Assembly (NCBI GenBank): GCA_036388915.1
Contig: DASVQX010000033.1
Coordinates: 4,755 to 68,754, forward strand
Reading direction: 5' to 3'
Length of the DNA stretch: 64,000 bases
DNA from: Pyrinomonadaceae bacterium
GTDB taxonomy: Bacteria > Acidobacteriota > Blastocatellia > Pyrinomonadales > Pyrinomonadaceae
Positions 25,714 to 34,559 of this stretch are shown in pieces. The translations under genes and the position numbers were made by a program. The number at the start of each line of letters is the position of its first letter. Positions within the stretch are counted from its first letter, which is position 1. The notes beneath the pieces are model-generated. The model saw only the letters and a list, made by a program, of their open reading frames with translations. It was not told the DNA's origin and searched no databases.

Positions 25714-27057
25714 ATGCTGACAGCACTGTACCTGTTGACGATAGTCCTGCTGGTCTTCGCCAACGGCTTCTTCGTCGCGGCCGAGTTCGCGCTCGTCGGG
25801 GTCAGGCGCTCGCGCATCGAGACGCTGGCCGACGGCGGCGACCGCCGCGCCGTCCGCCTCATCTCGGTGCTCGACAACCTGAACGCCTACCTCTCGGCCT
25901 CGCAGCTCGGCATCACGCTGGCCTCGCTCGGCCTCGGCTGGCTCGGCGAGCCGACGGTCGCGCACATGCTCGAAGGGCCGCTCCAGAACGCGGGACTCTC
26001 CGAGACGTGGATTCACGTCATCTCCTTCTTCGTCGCCTTCGCGGTCGTCACGGCGCTGCACATCGTCCTGGGCGAGCAGGCGCCCAAGCTCTTCGGCCTC
26101 CAGCGCGCCGAGAACGTGGCGCTCTCGACCGCGCTCCCGATGCAGCTCTTCTACCGCGTCTTCAGCCTGCCCATCCGCGCGCTCGACAGCGCGAGCGCGG
26201 CGGTCGTCCGCCCGCTCGGGATAACGGCCGAGGCCGGCCACGCCTCGGCCTACACCGAGGAGGAGCTGCGCCACGTCATCGAGATGTCGCGGCAGGGCGG
26301 TCACATCGAGGCCGAGGAGCAGCGTCTCATCCACGGCGTCTTCGAGTTCGCCGACGCCGAGGTGCGCGAGGCGATGGTGCCGCGCACCAACGTCAACGCG
26401 GTGCCGGCCTCGTCCCCGCTCGCCGAGGTCAAGGCCGCGTTCCGCGAGTACGGCTACACGCGGCTGCCCGTCTACCGCGAGCGGCTCGACGACATGGTCG
26501 GCGTCCTCTTCCGCCGCGACCTCGAAGACTTCATCGACGGGACGCGCCCCGCCGAGGAGTTCGACGCCGCCGCGATGGCGCACCCGCCGCTCTTCATCCC
26601 GGCGGCCGCCAAGCTCGGCGCCGCGCTCAAGCAGATGCGCGACAGCCGCACGCACCTCGCCTTCGTCATCGACGAGCACGGGGGCTTGGAAGGCATCGTC
26701 ACGCTCGAAGACCTGCTCGAAGAGATCGTCGGCGAGATAGACGACGAGTACGACGAGGAGGCGAAGTCGCAGATCGTCGCCCAGGGGGACGGCACCTACC
26801 TGCTCGACGGGATGCTGGCCGTGCGCGACGCCAACCGGCACTTCCCGCTCGGGCTTCCAGAGGAGGGGCACTACACGACCGTCGCCGGCTTCCTCCTCGC
26901 GCGCGCCGGCCGGATGCTGAAGGCCGGCGACACGGTCGAGCACGACGGCGCGACCTTCCGCGTCGAGCGCGTCGAGCGCCGCCGCCTCCGCTGGGTGCGC
27001 CTGACGCCCGCGCCCGCGCCGGCCGACGCCGCGGCCGAGGCCAAAGCCGACGCGTGA
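25714..27057 (+). CDS. CNNM/CorC-HlyC family transporter (DUF21 + CBS pair + CorC_HlyC)
   Basis: DUF21 N-terminus LVFANGFFVAAEFALVGVRRSRIE, a CBS pair (VREAMVPRTNV.., HLAFVIDEHGGLEGIVTLEDLLEEIVGEIDDEYD) and a CorC_HlyC tail (TVAGFLLARAGRMLKAGDTV). Confidence 0.9.
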   Translation: MLTALYLLTIVLLVFANGFFVAAEFALVGVRRSRIETLADGGDRRAVRLISVLDNLNAYLSASQLGITLASLGLGWLGEPTVAHMLEGPLQNAGLSETWIHVISFFVAFAVVTALHIVLGEQAPKLFGLQRAENVALSTALPMQLFYRVFSLPIRALDSASAAVVRPLGITAEAGHASAYTEEELRHVIEMSRQGGHIEAEEQRLIHGVFEFADAEVREAMVPRTNVNAVPASSPLAEVKAAFREYGYTRLPVYRERLDDMVGVLFRRDLEDFIDGTRPAEEFDAAAMAHPPLFIPAAAKLGAALKQMRDSRTHLAFVIDEHGGLEGIVTLEDLLEEIVGEIDDEYDEEAKSQIVAQGDGTYLLDGMLAVRDANRHFPLGLPEEGHYTTVAGFLLARAGRMLKAGDTVEHDGATFRVERVERRRLRWVRLTPAPAPADAAAEAKADA

Positions 27058-27063
27058 GGGAAA

Positions 27064-27151
27064 GAAGTAGTCAGTAGAAAGAGAGGCGGCGCGCTCGGCT
27101 CCCGACCGGGACGCGCCGCCTTCAGTGTTTCTGCTGTCTACTGTCTACTTC
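27064..27151. repeat. Hairpin element, family A copy 3 (nested outer AT-shifted stem plus inner GC stem)
   Basis: Outer stem gaagtagtcagtag (27064-27077) pairs with ctactgtctacttc (27138-27151) with 1 mismatch. Inner perfect 10-bp stem is aggcggcgcg / cgcgccgcct (27084-27093 / 27112-27121). It lies between convergent genes. Confidence 0.75.
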
Positions 27152-27155
27152 CCCA

Positions 27156-27515
27156 TCACTTCTCCGGCATGAGCGTGACCTGCCACGCGACGAGGGCGAT
27201 GAAGGTGAGCATGACGACGAGGACGAAGATGACGACCGGCTCAAGCCGGAAGATGTTGCTGCCCTCGCGCTCGTCTTCGAGCAGGTGCTCGGGCATGGGG
27301 ACGCTCGCGCTGTCCACGCGGATGGTGTCTTTCGCCTTGTGGCCGCTATCGACCTGAAGCGATTCCGTGAACTCCGCGGTCTCTTCGAGCGGCGTCAGAC
27401 GGGCGGCCTCGTCCTCCTCGTCGTGTTTGTGGCCGTGCTTGTGCCCGCTCCCCGGCCAGTGGAGCTGACCCGTCTTCCACCTCTTGTCCCCCTTCTTCTT
27501 CTTCTTCACAGCCAC
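27156..27515 (-). CDS. Small His/acidic-rich tail-anchored membrane protein (unknown function)
   Basis: 119-aa ORF with a GTG start overlapping the corA stop by 10 nt and GAGGAAGG upstream. N-terminus is [28 protein letters not shown]. There is a single C-terminal [20 protein letters not shown]. Third codon positions are GC-rich like the neighbours. Confidence 0.5.
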   Translation of the reverse strand: MAVKKKKKGDKRWKTGQLHWPGSGHKHGHKHDEEDEAARLTPLEETAEFTESLQVDSGHKAKDTIRVDSASVPMPEHLLEDEREGSNIFRLEPVVIFVLVVMLTFIALVAWQVTLMPEK

Positions 27516-28477
27516 TTCACCTTCCTCAAGTAGAAGTAGAGACCCAGCCCGACGGCGAGCATCGCCGCCAGCGCCCAGACGTAGCCGAAGCGCGACTCAA
27601 GCTCGGGCATGTACTTGAAGTTCATCCCGTAGATGCCCGCGACGAGCGTCGCCGACATCAGCACGGTCGAGACCGAGGTCAGCCGCTTCATGATCTGGTT
27701 CATGCGGTTGCCCTGAATCGAGAGGTAGGCGTCCATCGTCGAGCCGAGCATGTCCCTGAGCGTGTCGATGGTGTCGGCGACGCGGATGATGTGGTCGAAC
27801 ACGTCCTGGAAGTAGACGTGCGTCTCGCGCGGGAAGATGGGCTGCTCGCGCCTGAGCATCGTGTTGAAAACGTCGCGCAGCGGCGTCACCGTGCGGCGCA
27901 GGAAGAGGAGCTGTTTCTTGACGCGGAAAATCTCCTGGATGGCCTCGGGCTGGAACTCGCCGAAAATCTGGTCTTCGAGGTCGTCCATCCGGTCGGAGAG
28001 CACGTCGAGGAGCGGCATGTAGTCGTCAACGATGGAGTCGGTGAGGAGGTACGCCAGAAGCCCCGCGCCCTGCCCCGACCTGTCCGTCCACTCGCCCCAC
28101 AGGCGGCGCGCCGTCTCGATGGCGCGGATGGGGCGGCTGTGGACGGTGACGAGGAAGTTCTTGCCGAGGAAGATGTTCAGCTCGCGCAGCTCCAGGTCGT
28201 CGTCGGGGCCGACCAGCTCGGCCTCGTAGAGCACCATGAAGTAGTAGCCGGGGTACTCCTCGACCTTCGGGCGCTGGTGCGCGTTGCGGCAGTCCTCAAT
28301 CGAGAGCGGGTGGAAGTCGAACTCCTCGGCCAGCTCGTCGAAGTCCTTGCTCGTCGGGTCCGAGACATCGGCCCAGACGACGTTCTGCTCGACCCCGCAG
28401 TGGTCGCTCAGCTCCGCGGCCGGGAAGTCTTTGGTGAACTTCTTCGACTTGCTGTCGAGACAGGTCGTCGTAATCAC
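27506..28477 (-). CDS. corA: Magnesium/cobalt transporter CorA
   Basis: 323 aa with the YGMNF signature ([13 protein letters not shown]) before the last TM, and a typical CorA cytoplasmic domain. Confidence 0.9.
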   Translation of the reverse strand: MITTTCLDSKSKKFTKDFPAAELSDHCGVEQNVVWADVSDPTSKDFDELAEEFDFHPLSIEDCRNAHQRPKVEEYPGYYFMVLYEAELVGPDDDLELRELNIFLGKNFLVTVHSRPIRAIETARRLWGEWTDRSGQGAGLLAYLLTDSIVDDYMPLLDVLSDRMDDLEDQIFGEFQPEAIQEIFRVKKQLLFLRRTVTPLRDVFNTMLRREQPIFPRETHVYFQDVFDHIIRVADTIDTLRDMLGSTMDAYLSIQGNRMNQIMKRLTSVSTVLMSATLVAGIYGMNFKYMPELESRFGYVWALAAMLAVGLGLYFYLRKVKWL

Positions 28478-28610
28478 TCGGCTCAGTCCCCTCCTGTGCG
28501 TTTTCGCTCATTCGAGTATACTCGGCCGCCGGGATTTCGTCTCAGGGAAAATTCCCGGCGCCGCCGGCCGGCGGGAGCCACAAGACTTCAGCACCTTCGG
28601 AGGCAACGTC

Positions 28611-29090
28611 GTGAGACCGACAAAATCGACTTCCCTCTTCACGCACTTCGCCAAGTGGACGGCGCGCGCGGCGGGGCGGCCCTCGACCTTTATGCTGGCC
28701 GCCGCGGTCATCGTCGTCTGGGGCGTGACGGGCCCGATCTTCGGCTTCTCAAATACGTGGCAGCTCATCATTAATACGGGGACGACGATCGTCACCTTCC
28801 TGATGGTCTTCCTCATCCAGAACACGCAGAACCGCGACACGGAGGCGGTGCAGGTCAAGCTCGACGAGCTGATCCGCGTGACCGAGGGCGCGCACTTAGT
28901 GCTGCTCGACTTGGAGGAGTTGGACGACAAGCAGCTCGACCGCATCCGCGACATCTACGAGCGGCTGGCGGCGAAGGCGCGCGAGGACGCGAGGCACGGG
29001 CTGGAGGACACGGGCACGCCCGAACTCAACCTCGGCGAGGGCGACCCCGTCGTGGAGAGTAAAAACGCGAAAGGCAAACGGCAAGAGTGA
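28611..29090 (+). CDS. Low-affinity iron permease family membrane protein
   Basis: GTG at 28611 with GGAGG 8 nt upstream. FTHFAKWTARAAGRPSTFMLAAAVIVVWGVTGPIFGFSNTWQLIINTGTTIVTFLMVFLIQNTQNRD matches the Fet4-like low-affinity iron permease pattern. The upstream part of the track ORF (28284-) overlaps corA in antisense. Confidence 0.7.
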   Translation: MRPTKSTSLFTHFAKWTARAAGRPSTFMLAAAVIVVWGVTGPIFGFSNTWQLIINTGTTIVTFLMVFLIQNTQNRDTEAVQVKLDELIRVTEGAHLVLLDLEELDDKQLDRIRDIYERLAAKAREDARHGLEDTGTPELNLGEGDPVVESKNAKGKRQE

Positions 29091-29098
29091 AGACGAAA

Positions 29099-29144
29099 GG
29101 CGGCGGGCCTTTCAACATCAACCGGTGTTGAAAGGCCCGCCGCC
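29099..29144. terminator. Hairpin between convergent genes (perfect 19-bp stem)
   Basis: ggcggcgggcctttcaaca (29099-29117) is the exact reverse complement of tgttgaaaggcccgccgcc (29126-29144). The loop is 8 nt. Confidence 0.7.
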
Positions 29145-29170
29145 CACACTCCACACTATCGCCTTCCGCC

Positions 29171-30955
29171 TTACTTTCGCCCTTCGCCCTTCGCCGCCGG
29201 CCGCTTGCCGTCTTCGAGGTAAGTCTTGGCCGCCAGCTTGGCGAGCTTCCACATCTTGCCCCAGTTGATGCGCCCCTCGTCGCGGCCGGTGAGTTTGTCG
29301 AGGAGGAGGCGGCGGAAGTGCTTACCCTCGCGCTTGAGCATGAACTCCTTGGCGAAGGGGCGGGCGGTCTCGAAGAAGCTGAAGCCGGGGTCGGTGACAA
29401 GCCCGATGCCTTCGAGCGTCATCAGCGCGCGGATGATGTAGGTGAAGTTCGACGGCAGGCGGAACGGGTACTCGTACATCACCTCGGCCAGGTCGTAGGT
29501 CAGCTCTTTGAAGTTCACGTCGCCGAGCTTGAGGTTGATGTAGTGGCGGAAGAGCCCCTCGACGACGGGGCGCACGCTCTCGGGGTCAACGCCGGGCTTG
29601 AGAAAGTTTAAGTTTATCAAGTCCTGCGCCAGCCCCTCGATGTCGCGGCCGACGACGTGGAAGAAGGCGTCGATCATCTTCGACTGCAACGCGGGCGTGA
29701 TGCGGCCGACCATGCCGAAGTCGAAGAAGGCGAGGTGCCCCGTGTCCATCACCAGCAGGTTGCCGGGGTGCGGGTCGGCGTGGAAGAAGCCGTCCTCCAG
29801 AAGCTGCTTGAGGTAGGCGCGCACGAGCAGGCGGTTGACCTTGACCGGCGAGATGCGGCGCGCCTTGAGGCCCTCGATGTCCGTGACCTTCGTCCCGCGC
29901 ACGAACTCCATCGTGATGACGCGCGCCGTGGTGTGCGACCAGTGGATGCGCGGCACGCGGATGGGTCGCCACTCGCGGAAGTTCTCGCGGAAGCGGTCGG
30001 CGTTGCGCCCCTCGCGCGCGTAGTCCATCTCCTCCGCGATGGTCTCGCGGAACTCCTTGAGCATCCCCTCCCAGTCCGCGTTCTCGGTGAACGCGGGGTA
30101 GCGCGAGAGGCGGCGCACGATGCGGCCGAGCACGGCGATGTCGAAGCCGACCTTCTCGCGCAGGTTGGGGCGCTGGACTTTGACCGCGACCTCCTCGCCC
30201 GTGTGGAGGCGCGCGCGGTAGACCTGACCGAGCGAGGCCGAGGCGACCGGCTGCGCGTCGAACTCGGCGTAGCTCTCGGCAATCGTGCGGCCAAGCTCCG
30301 CCTCGACGCGCGCGAAGGCTTCCTCGTTCGGGAACGCCGGCACCTGATCTTGCAGCAGCGCCAGCTCCTTGATGTAGGCCAGCGGCAGAAGGTCTGCGCG
30401 CGTGCCGAGCGCCTGCCCGATCTTGATGAAGGTCGGGCCTAAGCCGATCAGATTCTCCCTGAGCCACACGCCCTGACGTTCGAGCTGCCGCTCCTTCGAG
30501 TCGCTCCCCTCGGCGCCGCGGTAGACGAAGAGCCGGACGAGACGGACGAGCTTGTCCAGCCCGCGATGCAGGACGAGGTCGCGCGCCCAAGCCTTAAAGT
30601 ACGCAGACCGCCCGCGCGCGCGAGCCTCTTCGAGACGGCGCGCGGCGACGCGCGCGTTGAAGGTGGCGCGGATGTCGTAGTCGTTGAGGAAGAGGTAGAG
30701 CGCCATCGTGCCGAGCACGCGCACGATCTGACAGGTGCGCCAGAGGCCGCGCCACCCGCGCGCCTCGACCTCGAAAGTCTCGGCGGCCGGCGCCGTCGCT
30801 TCCGCGGCCTTCTCCGCGGCGGGCAGCGCGCGCCGACCGTTCTCGGGCGCCGCGCCCGCGCCCGGCCGCACCAGCGCGAGCCGCGCCTCTTTCCGAGAAT
30901 CGTCGCCGCCCGCCTCGCCCGGCCGCGCAACCTGCCTGCGTTCGATAGCTGCCAT
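29171..30955 (-). CDS. ABC1/UbiB-family atypical protein kinase
   Basis: 594 aa with ABC1 domain motifs LGPTFIKIGQALGTRADLLP, ASLGQVYRA, VAVKVQRP and FHADPHPGNLLV. Confidence 0.85.
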   Translation of the reverse strand: MAAIERRQVARPGEAGGDDSRKEARLALVRPGAGAAPENGRRALPAAEKAAEATAPAAETFEVEARGWRGLWRTCQIVRVLGTMALYLFLNDYDIRATFNARVAARRLEEARARGRSAYFKAWARDLVLHRGLDKLVRLVRLFVYRGAEGSDSKERQLERQGVWLRENLIGLGPTFIKIGQALGTRADLLPLAYIKELALLQDQVPAFPNEEAFARVEAELGRTIAESYAEFDAQPVASASLGQVYRARLHTGEEVAVKVQRPNLREKVGFDIAVLGRIVRRLSRYPAFTENADWEGMLKEFRETIAEEMDYAREGRNADRFRENFREWRPIRVPRIHWSHTTARVITMEFVRGTKVTDIEGLKARRISPVKVNRLLVRAYLKQLLEDGFFHADPHPGNLLVMDTGHLAFFDFGMVGRITPALQSKMIDAFFHVVGRDIEGLAQDLINLNFLKPGVDPESVRPVVEGLFRHYINLKLGDVNFKELTYDLAEVMYEYPFRLPSNFTYIIRALMTLEGIGLVTDPGFSFFETARPFAKEFMLKREGKHFRRLLLDKLTGRDEGRINWGKMWKLAKLAAKTYLEDGKRPAAKGEGRK

Positions 30956-31009
30956 ACGTCTGAAAAATTAATTAAAACTTGTGTCGAACGTGGAACTTCG
31001 GGCTCAAAT

Positions 31010-31963
31010 TTAGATGACCGAGAGCGAGCGGCGAACGCCCGCGCGAGTGAAATATTTTCGCGCCCGCGCCGCGTCCGAGTCGATCTGCCGCTTCAACTCC
31101 TCGACCGACGAGAAGCGCCGCTCGTCGCGCAGCCGGTGGAGGAAGCGGACGCGCACCACGTCGCCGTACAGGTCGCCGCCCCAGTCCATTACGAAGGTCT
31201 CGATGGAAGGTTCGGCCTCTTTCTCAAACGTCGGCCGGACGCCGACGTTGGTCACGCTCCGCCGCCACGCGCCTTGGATGAGCGTCGCGGTGACGTAGAC
31301 GCCGCCGCGCGGGATGACGCGGTTGTCGGGGCGCAGGTTCGCCGTCGGAAAACCTATCGTCCGACCGCGCTCGGCGCCGCGCACGACGCGCCCCTCGACG
31401 CCGTAGGGGCGCCCCAGCATCCGCCGCGCGAGGTTGACGCGGCCGTCGGCCAGAAGGTGACGGATGCGGCTTGAGCTGATGCGCTGCCCGCGCAGACGCA
31501 CCTCGGGCACCTCGTCGGCGTGGAAGCCCAGCTCGCGGCTCACGCGGCGGAGCAGAGCGATGTCGCCCTCGCGGTTGCGTCCGAACGCGAAGCCGCGCCC
31601 GAGGTAGACCTCCTTCGCCTGAAGACGATCGTGCACCACGTCTTTGAGAAACTCCCCGGCGGAGACTTCGGCGAACTCGCGCGTGAAACGGACGACGATC
31701 GTTTGCTCGACGCCGAGCACGCCGAACGCCTCGACCTTCTGGTCGAAGGTCTGGAGGAGCGGCGGCGCGGACTCGGGGTGCAGGACGGCGCGCGGGTGCG
31801 GGTCGAAGGTGATGACGGTGGGCACCGCGCCGGTCGCGCGGGCGCGCTCGACGACGCGGCTGATGATGAGTTGGTGGCCGAGATGCAGCCCGTCGAACAC
31901 GCCGAGGGTCAGCACCGCCGGCCGCGCGATCTCCGCGTTCTCGTATCCGTGGAACAGTCGCAT
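31010..31963 (-). CDS. ribF: Bifunctional riboflavin kinase / FMN adenylyltransferase
   Basis: LTLGVFDGLHLGHQ, PTVITFDPHP, the kinase part GFPTANL and ..VRFLHRLRDERRFSSVEELKRQIDSD. Confidence 0.9.
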   Translation of the reverse strand: MRLFHGYENAEIARPAVLTLGVFDGLHLGHQLIISRVVERARATGAVPTVITFDPHPRAVLHPESAPPLLQTFDQKVEAFGVLGVEQTIVVRFTREFAEVSAGEFLKDVVHDRLQAKEVYLGRGFAFGRNREGDIALLRRVSRELGFHADEVPEVRLRGQRISSSRIRHLLADGRVNLARRMLGRPYGVEGRVVRGAERGRTIGFPTANLRPDNRVIPRGGVYVTATLIQGAWRRSVTNVGVRPTFEKEAEPSIETFVMDWGGDLYGDVVRVRFLHRLRDERRFSSVEELKRQIDSDAARARKYFTRAGVRRSLSVI

Positions 31964-31971
31964 AAGAGAGC

Positions 31972-32059
31972 AAGGATGAGGGCGGAAGGATGAAGGATGA
32001 AGGCCGTGCCGTCGGAGACACTTTTTCCTTTCACCCTTCCGCCCTCATCCTTCATCCTT
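31972..32059. repeat. Hairpin element, family B copy 3
   Basis: aaggatgagggcggaagg (31972-31989) pairs exactly with ccttccgccctcatcctt (32035-32052). Extra ggatgaa units flank it. The right arm contains the last 5 codons and stop of the MBL gene. Confidence 0.75.
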
Positions 32060-32815
32060 TATTTCGAGTCCGTCGTACGCCCACTCGACGCCCGCGGGCA
32101 GGAGCGCCGAGTCGCGCGCGTGCTTGATGTCGTGCGCGATGTGGGTGAGGTACGTGCGGCGCGGGCGCAGCTCTTCGACGTATTCGAGCGCGCGCTCCAA
32201 CCAGAGGTGCGTCGGGTGCGGCGTGAGGCGCAGGCAGTCGAGCACGAGCACGTCCAAATCCCGCAGCAGTTCGAGCGAGCGGGGCGGTATCTCGCTGAGG
32301 TCGGTCGCGTAGGCGAAGTCGTTGAAGCGGTAGGCCACGACGGGGAGCCGCCCGTGGATGACCTCGACGGGCGTCACTTCGAGGCCGGGGCCGAGGCAGA
32401 ACTGCGCGCCGTGCTCGACGGTGTGCGCGACGACCTGCGGGAGACCGCCGCCGAAGTAGCTCGGCTCGAAGACGTATTTGAAGATGCGCCGGATGTCCAC
32501 CCACGCGCGCTCGTTGGCGTAGACGCCGAGCGCGCCGTGGCGGAAGTTCAAGGGGCGTATGTCGTCGAGTCCGAAGATGTGGTCGGCGTGACAGTGCGTG
32601 ACGAGCACGGCGTCGAGGTGCTTGAGCCCGACGCGCAGCGCCTGCTGGCGGAAGTCCGAGGAGGTGTCGATGAGGACGACGTGCCCCGCGTGCTCGACCA
32701 GCACCGAGACGCGCAGCCGCTTGTCGCGCGGGTCGTCCGACGTGCACGTCTCGCACCCGCACCCGATGGAGGGCACGCCGGTCGAAGTGCCCGTGCCTAG
32801 CAGGGTGAACTTCAT
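32045..32815 (-). CDS. MBL-fold metallo-hydrolase (PhnP-like)
   Basis: MKFTLLGTGTSTGVP, the metal motif THCHADH, and later His/Asp ligands. Confidence 0.85.
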   Translation of the reverse strand: MKFTLLGTGTSTGVPSIGCGCETCTSDDPRDKRLRVSVLVEHAGHVVLIDTSSDFRQQALRVGLKHLDAVLVTHCHADHIFGLDDIRPLNFRHGALGVYANERAWVDIRRIFKYVFEPSYFGGGLPQVVAHTVEHGAQFCLGPGLEVTPVEVIHGRLPVVAYRFNDFAYATDLSEIPPRSLELLRDLDVLVLDCLRLTPHPTHLWLERALEYVEELRPRRTYLTHIAHDIKHARDSALLPAGVEWAYDGLEIKDEG

Positions 32816-32816
32816 A

Positions 32817-32903
32817 AACCGTGAACCGTCAACCGTGAACCGTCAACCGTGACGAGAGAAAGGCAGCGCCTTCTCGTCACGGTTGACGGTTCACGGTTGA
32901 CGG
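32817..32903. repeat. Hairpin element, family C (GTGAACC/GTCAACC heptamers, perfect 32-bp stem)
   Basis: 32826-32857 is the exact reverse complement of 32872-32903, with a 14-nt loop. It fills the gap between the DUF1844 stop (32907) and the MBL start (32815). Confidence 0.9.
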
Positions 32904-32906
32904 GTC

Positions 32907-33455
32907 TTATCTCCCCCCCGTGATGTCGCCGCCGGTGAAGCCCCGGCCGCCGCCACCGCCCTGCGGCGGCCGCGGCGCGTTGGTGAGCGAGACGTACTGC
33001 ATCCGGAGCTGCGAGAGGATCATGTCGAGAAACTGCTGCTCCTCGCCCGCGAGGTTGCCGCGCGTCTTGTGGTGGAGCGTGCCGAGCATGTCGATGCACT
33101 GCTTGGCGAGCGGGAGGTTGACGCCCCCGCCGCCGGGGTGGTTGACCATCCCGAGCGCGTCGGCCGCGAACGAGGCGACGAACTCGACGAGCATCAGAAA
33201 GCCCTCGTCGCCGGGCGCCTCGCGCTCGGCCTCGGTCGCTTCCCTCTCGCTCTCGGAGCCGCGCCCCGCGGCCTCTTCGGGCGGCGCGGGGCGCGGCGCC
33301 GGTTCGGGCGTCGCTGCCGACTGCGACGGCGCTGACTCGGCCGGCGCGGCGGCGGGCGTCGCGGGCTCCTCCTCGCGCGGGAGGTCGCGCGGCGTGCCGT
33401 CGGGGTTAAAGAGCCGGCGGTCTGTGACTTTGAATGTGGGCTTCTCTTCGCTCAT
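32907..33455 (-). CDS. DUF1844 domain protein
   Basis: Start at MSEEKPTFKVTDRRLF (ATG 33453-33455). It has an acidic/Pro-rich linker and a conserved tail FLMLVEFVASFAADALGMVNHP..NLPLAKQCIDMLGTL..FLDMILSQLRMQY. Confidence 0.7.
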   Translation of the reverse strand: MSEEKPTFKVTDRRLFNPDGTPRDLPREEEPATPAAAPAESAPSQSAATPEPAPRPAPPEEAAGRGSESEREATEAEREAPGDEGFLMLVEFVASFAADALGMVNHPGGGGVNLPLAKQCIDMLGTLHHKTRGNLAGEEQQFLDMILSQLRMQYVSLTNAPRPPQGGGGGRGFTGGDITGGR

Positions 33456-33548
33456 CTTTCTCGCTCGAAGGTGTTGAAGTTGTTCAGTTTTCCGATGGCC
33501 GGATGGTAGCACCCGCGCACGCGCCGTCGCAACAAACGCCCCCGACGC

Positions 33549-34472
33549 CTACGCCGCCCCGCGCACCGCTTCGGGCGTCAGCCCCGAGTCGCGCAAGGCG
33601 CGGAGCGAGAGCGACGCGTGCCGCTTGGCGAGCCGCTCGCCGCGCTCGTCCGTGACGAGGTCGCAGTGGAAGTAGGCGGGCGTCGGGTGGCCGAGCGCGC
33701 GCTGGAGCAACGCCTGCCGCGCGGTCGATTTGAGGAGGTCGGCGCCGCGCACGACCTCTGTAATCTTCATCAGCGCGTCGTCAACGACGACCGCGAGTTG
33801 GTAGGCGGGCACGTCGTCCCTACGCCAGACGACGAAGTCGCCGAAGTCTCGCCCGGCGACGTAGACCTGGCGGCCACGGTTCAGGTCTTCAAACGCGACC
33901 TCGTCGCCGTCGGGCACGCGGAAGCGCCAGTTGAGCCCGGCCGGCGACGCGTGCGCGCGCGTGGCGGCGCCCTCGGGCGGACGGCAGGTGCCGGGGTAGT
34001 GCGGCTCGTCGTCCGGCGCCGCCGCGAAGCCCGCGCCCGCGCGCGACCCGGCGGCGGCGGCGTTCGTTTCGTGCGGCGCCCCGGCCGCGCGCGCCACGTC
34101 CCTGCGCGAGCAGACGCAGGGGTAGACGTGGCCGGCGGCGACGAGGCGCGCCCACGCTTCGAGGTAGAGAGCGCGCCTCTCGCTCTGCGTGTAAGGGGCG
34201 TGGGGGCCGCCCACGTCCGGCCCTTCGTCCCAGTCGATGCCGAGCCAGCGCAGGTCTTCGAGCATCGCGGCGGCGAACTCGGCACGCGAGCGCGCCGGGT
34301 CGAGGTCTTCGTTGCGCAGCACGAGCGCGCCGCCCGCCGCGCGCGCACGTGCGTACGCCGTCCAGAAGGTGCGCGCGTGCCCGAGGTGTAGATGTCCCGT
34401 CGGCGAAGGCGCGAGCCGCCCGCGATAAGAAGGATGAAGGCGGAAGGATGAATGATGAGGGGAGTGAGTCAT
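33549..34472 (-). CDS. gluQ: Glutamyl-Q tRNA(Asp) synthetase (GluRS paralog lacking the anticodon-binding domain)
   Basis: GRLAPSPTGHLHLGHARTF (HIGH motif), a Cys cluster YPCVCSR..YPGTCR and LAKRHAS (KMSKS-like). There is no ATG/GTG/TTG in frame between 34472 and the HIGH motif. Confidence 0.8.
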   Translation of the reverse strand: MTHSPHHSSFRLHPSYRGRLAPSPTGHLHLGHARTFWTAYARARAAGGALVLRNEDLDPARSRAEFAAAMLEDLRWLGIDWDEGPDVGGPHAPYTQSERRALYLEAWARLVAAGHVYPCVCSRRDVARAAGAPHETNAAAAGSRAGAGFAAAPDDEPHYPGTCRPPEGAATRAHASPAGLNWRFRVPDGDEVAFEDLNRGRQVYVAGRDFGDFVVWRRDDVPAYQLAVVVDDALMKITEVVRGADLLKSTARQALLQRALGHPTPAYFHCDLVTDERGERLAKRHASLSLRALRDSGLTPEAVRGAA

Positions 34473-34512
34473 TGCCGCCGCCTTTCGTTCATCCTTCATC
34501 CTTCATCCTTTT
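34427..34512. repeat. Hairpin element, family B copy 4
   Basis: aaggatgaaggcggaaggatgaatg pairs with cgttcatccttcatccttcatcctt with 2-3 mismatches. The gluQ start codon lies in the loop and the left arm is coding. Confidence 0.7.
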
Positions 34513-34559
34513 CTCTGTCATAATCCCGTTTCAAAGTCCGAAGTTCAAGGAACCGAACG

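Noticed and set aside
28478-28610. Possible Mg2+ (M-box) riboswitch upstream of corA
   Set aside because: The available leader is at most ~130 nt, shared with a divergent gene. I could not recognise M-box conserved segments.
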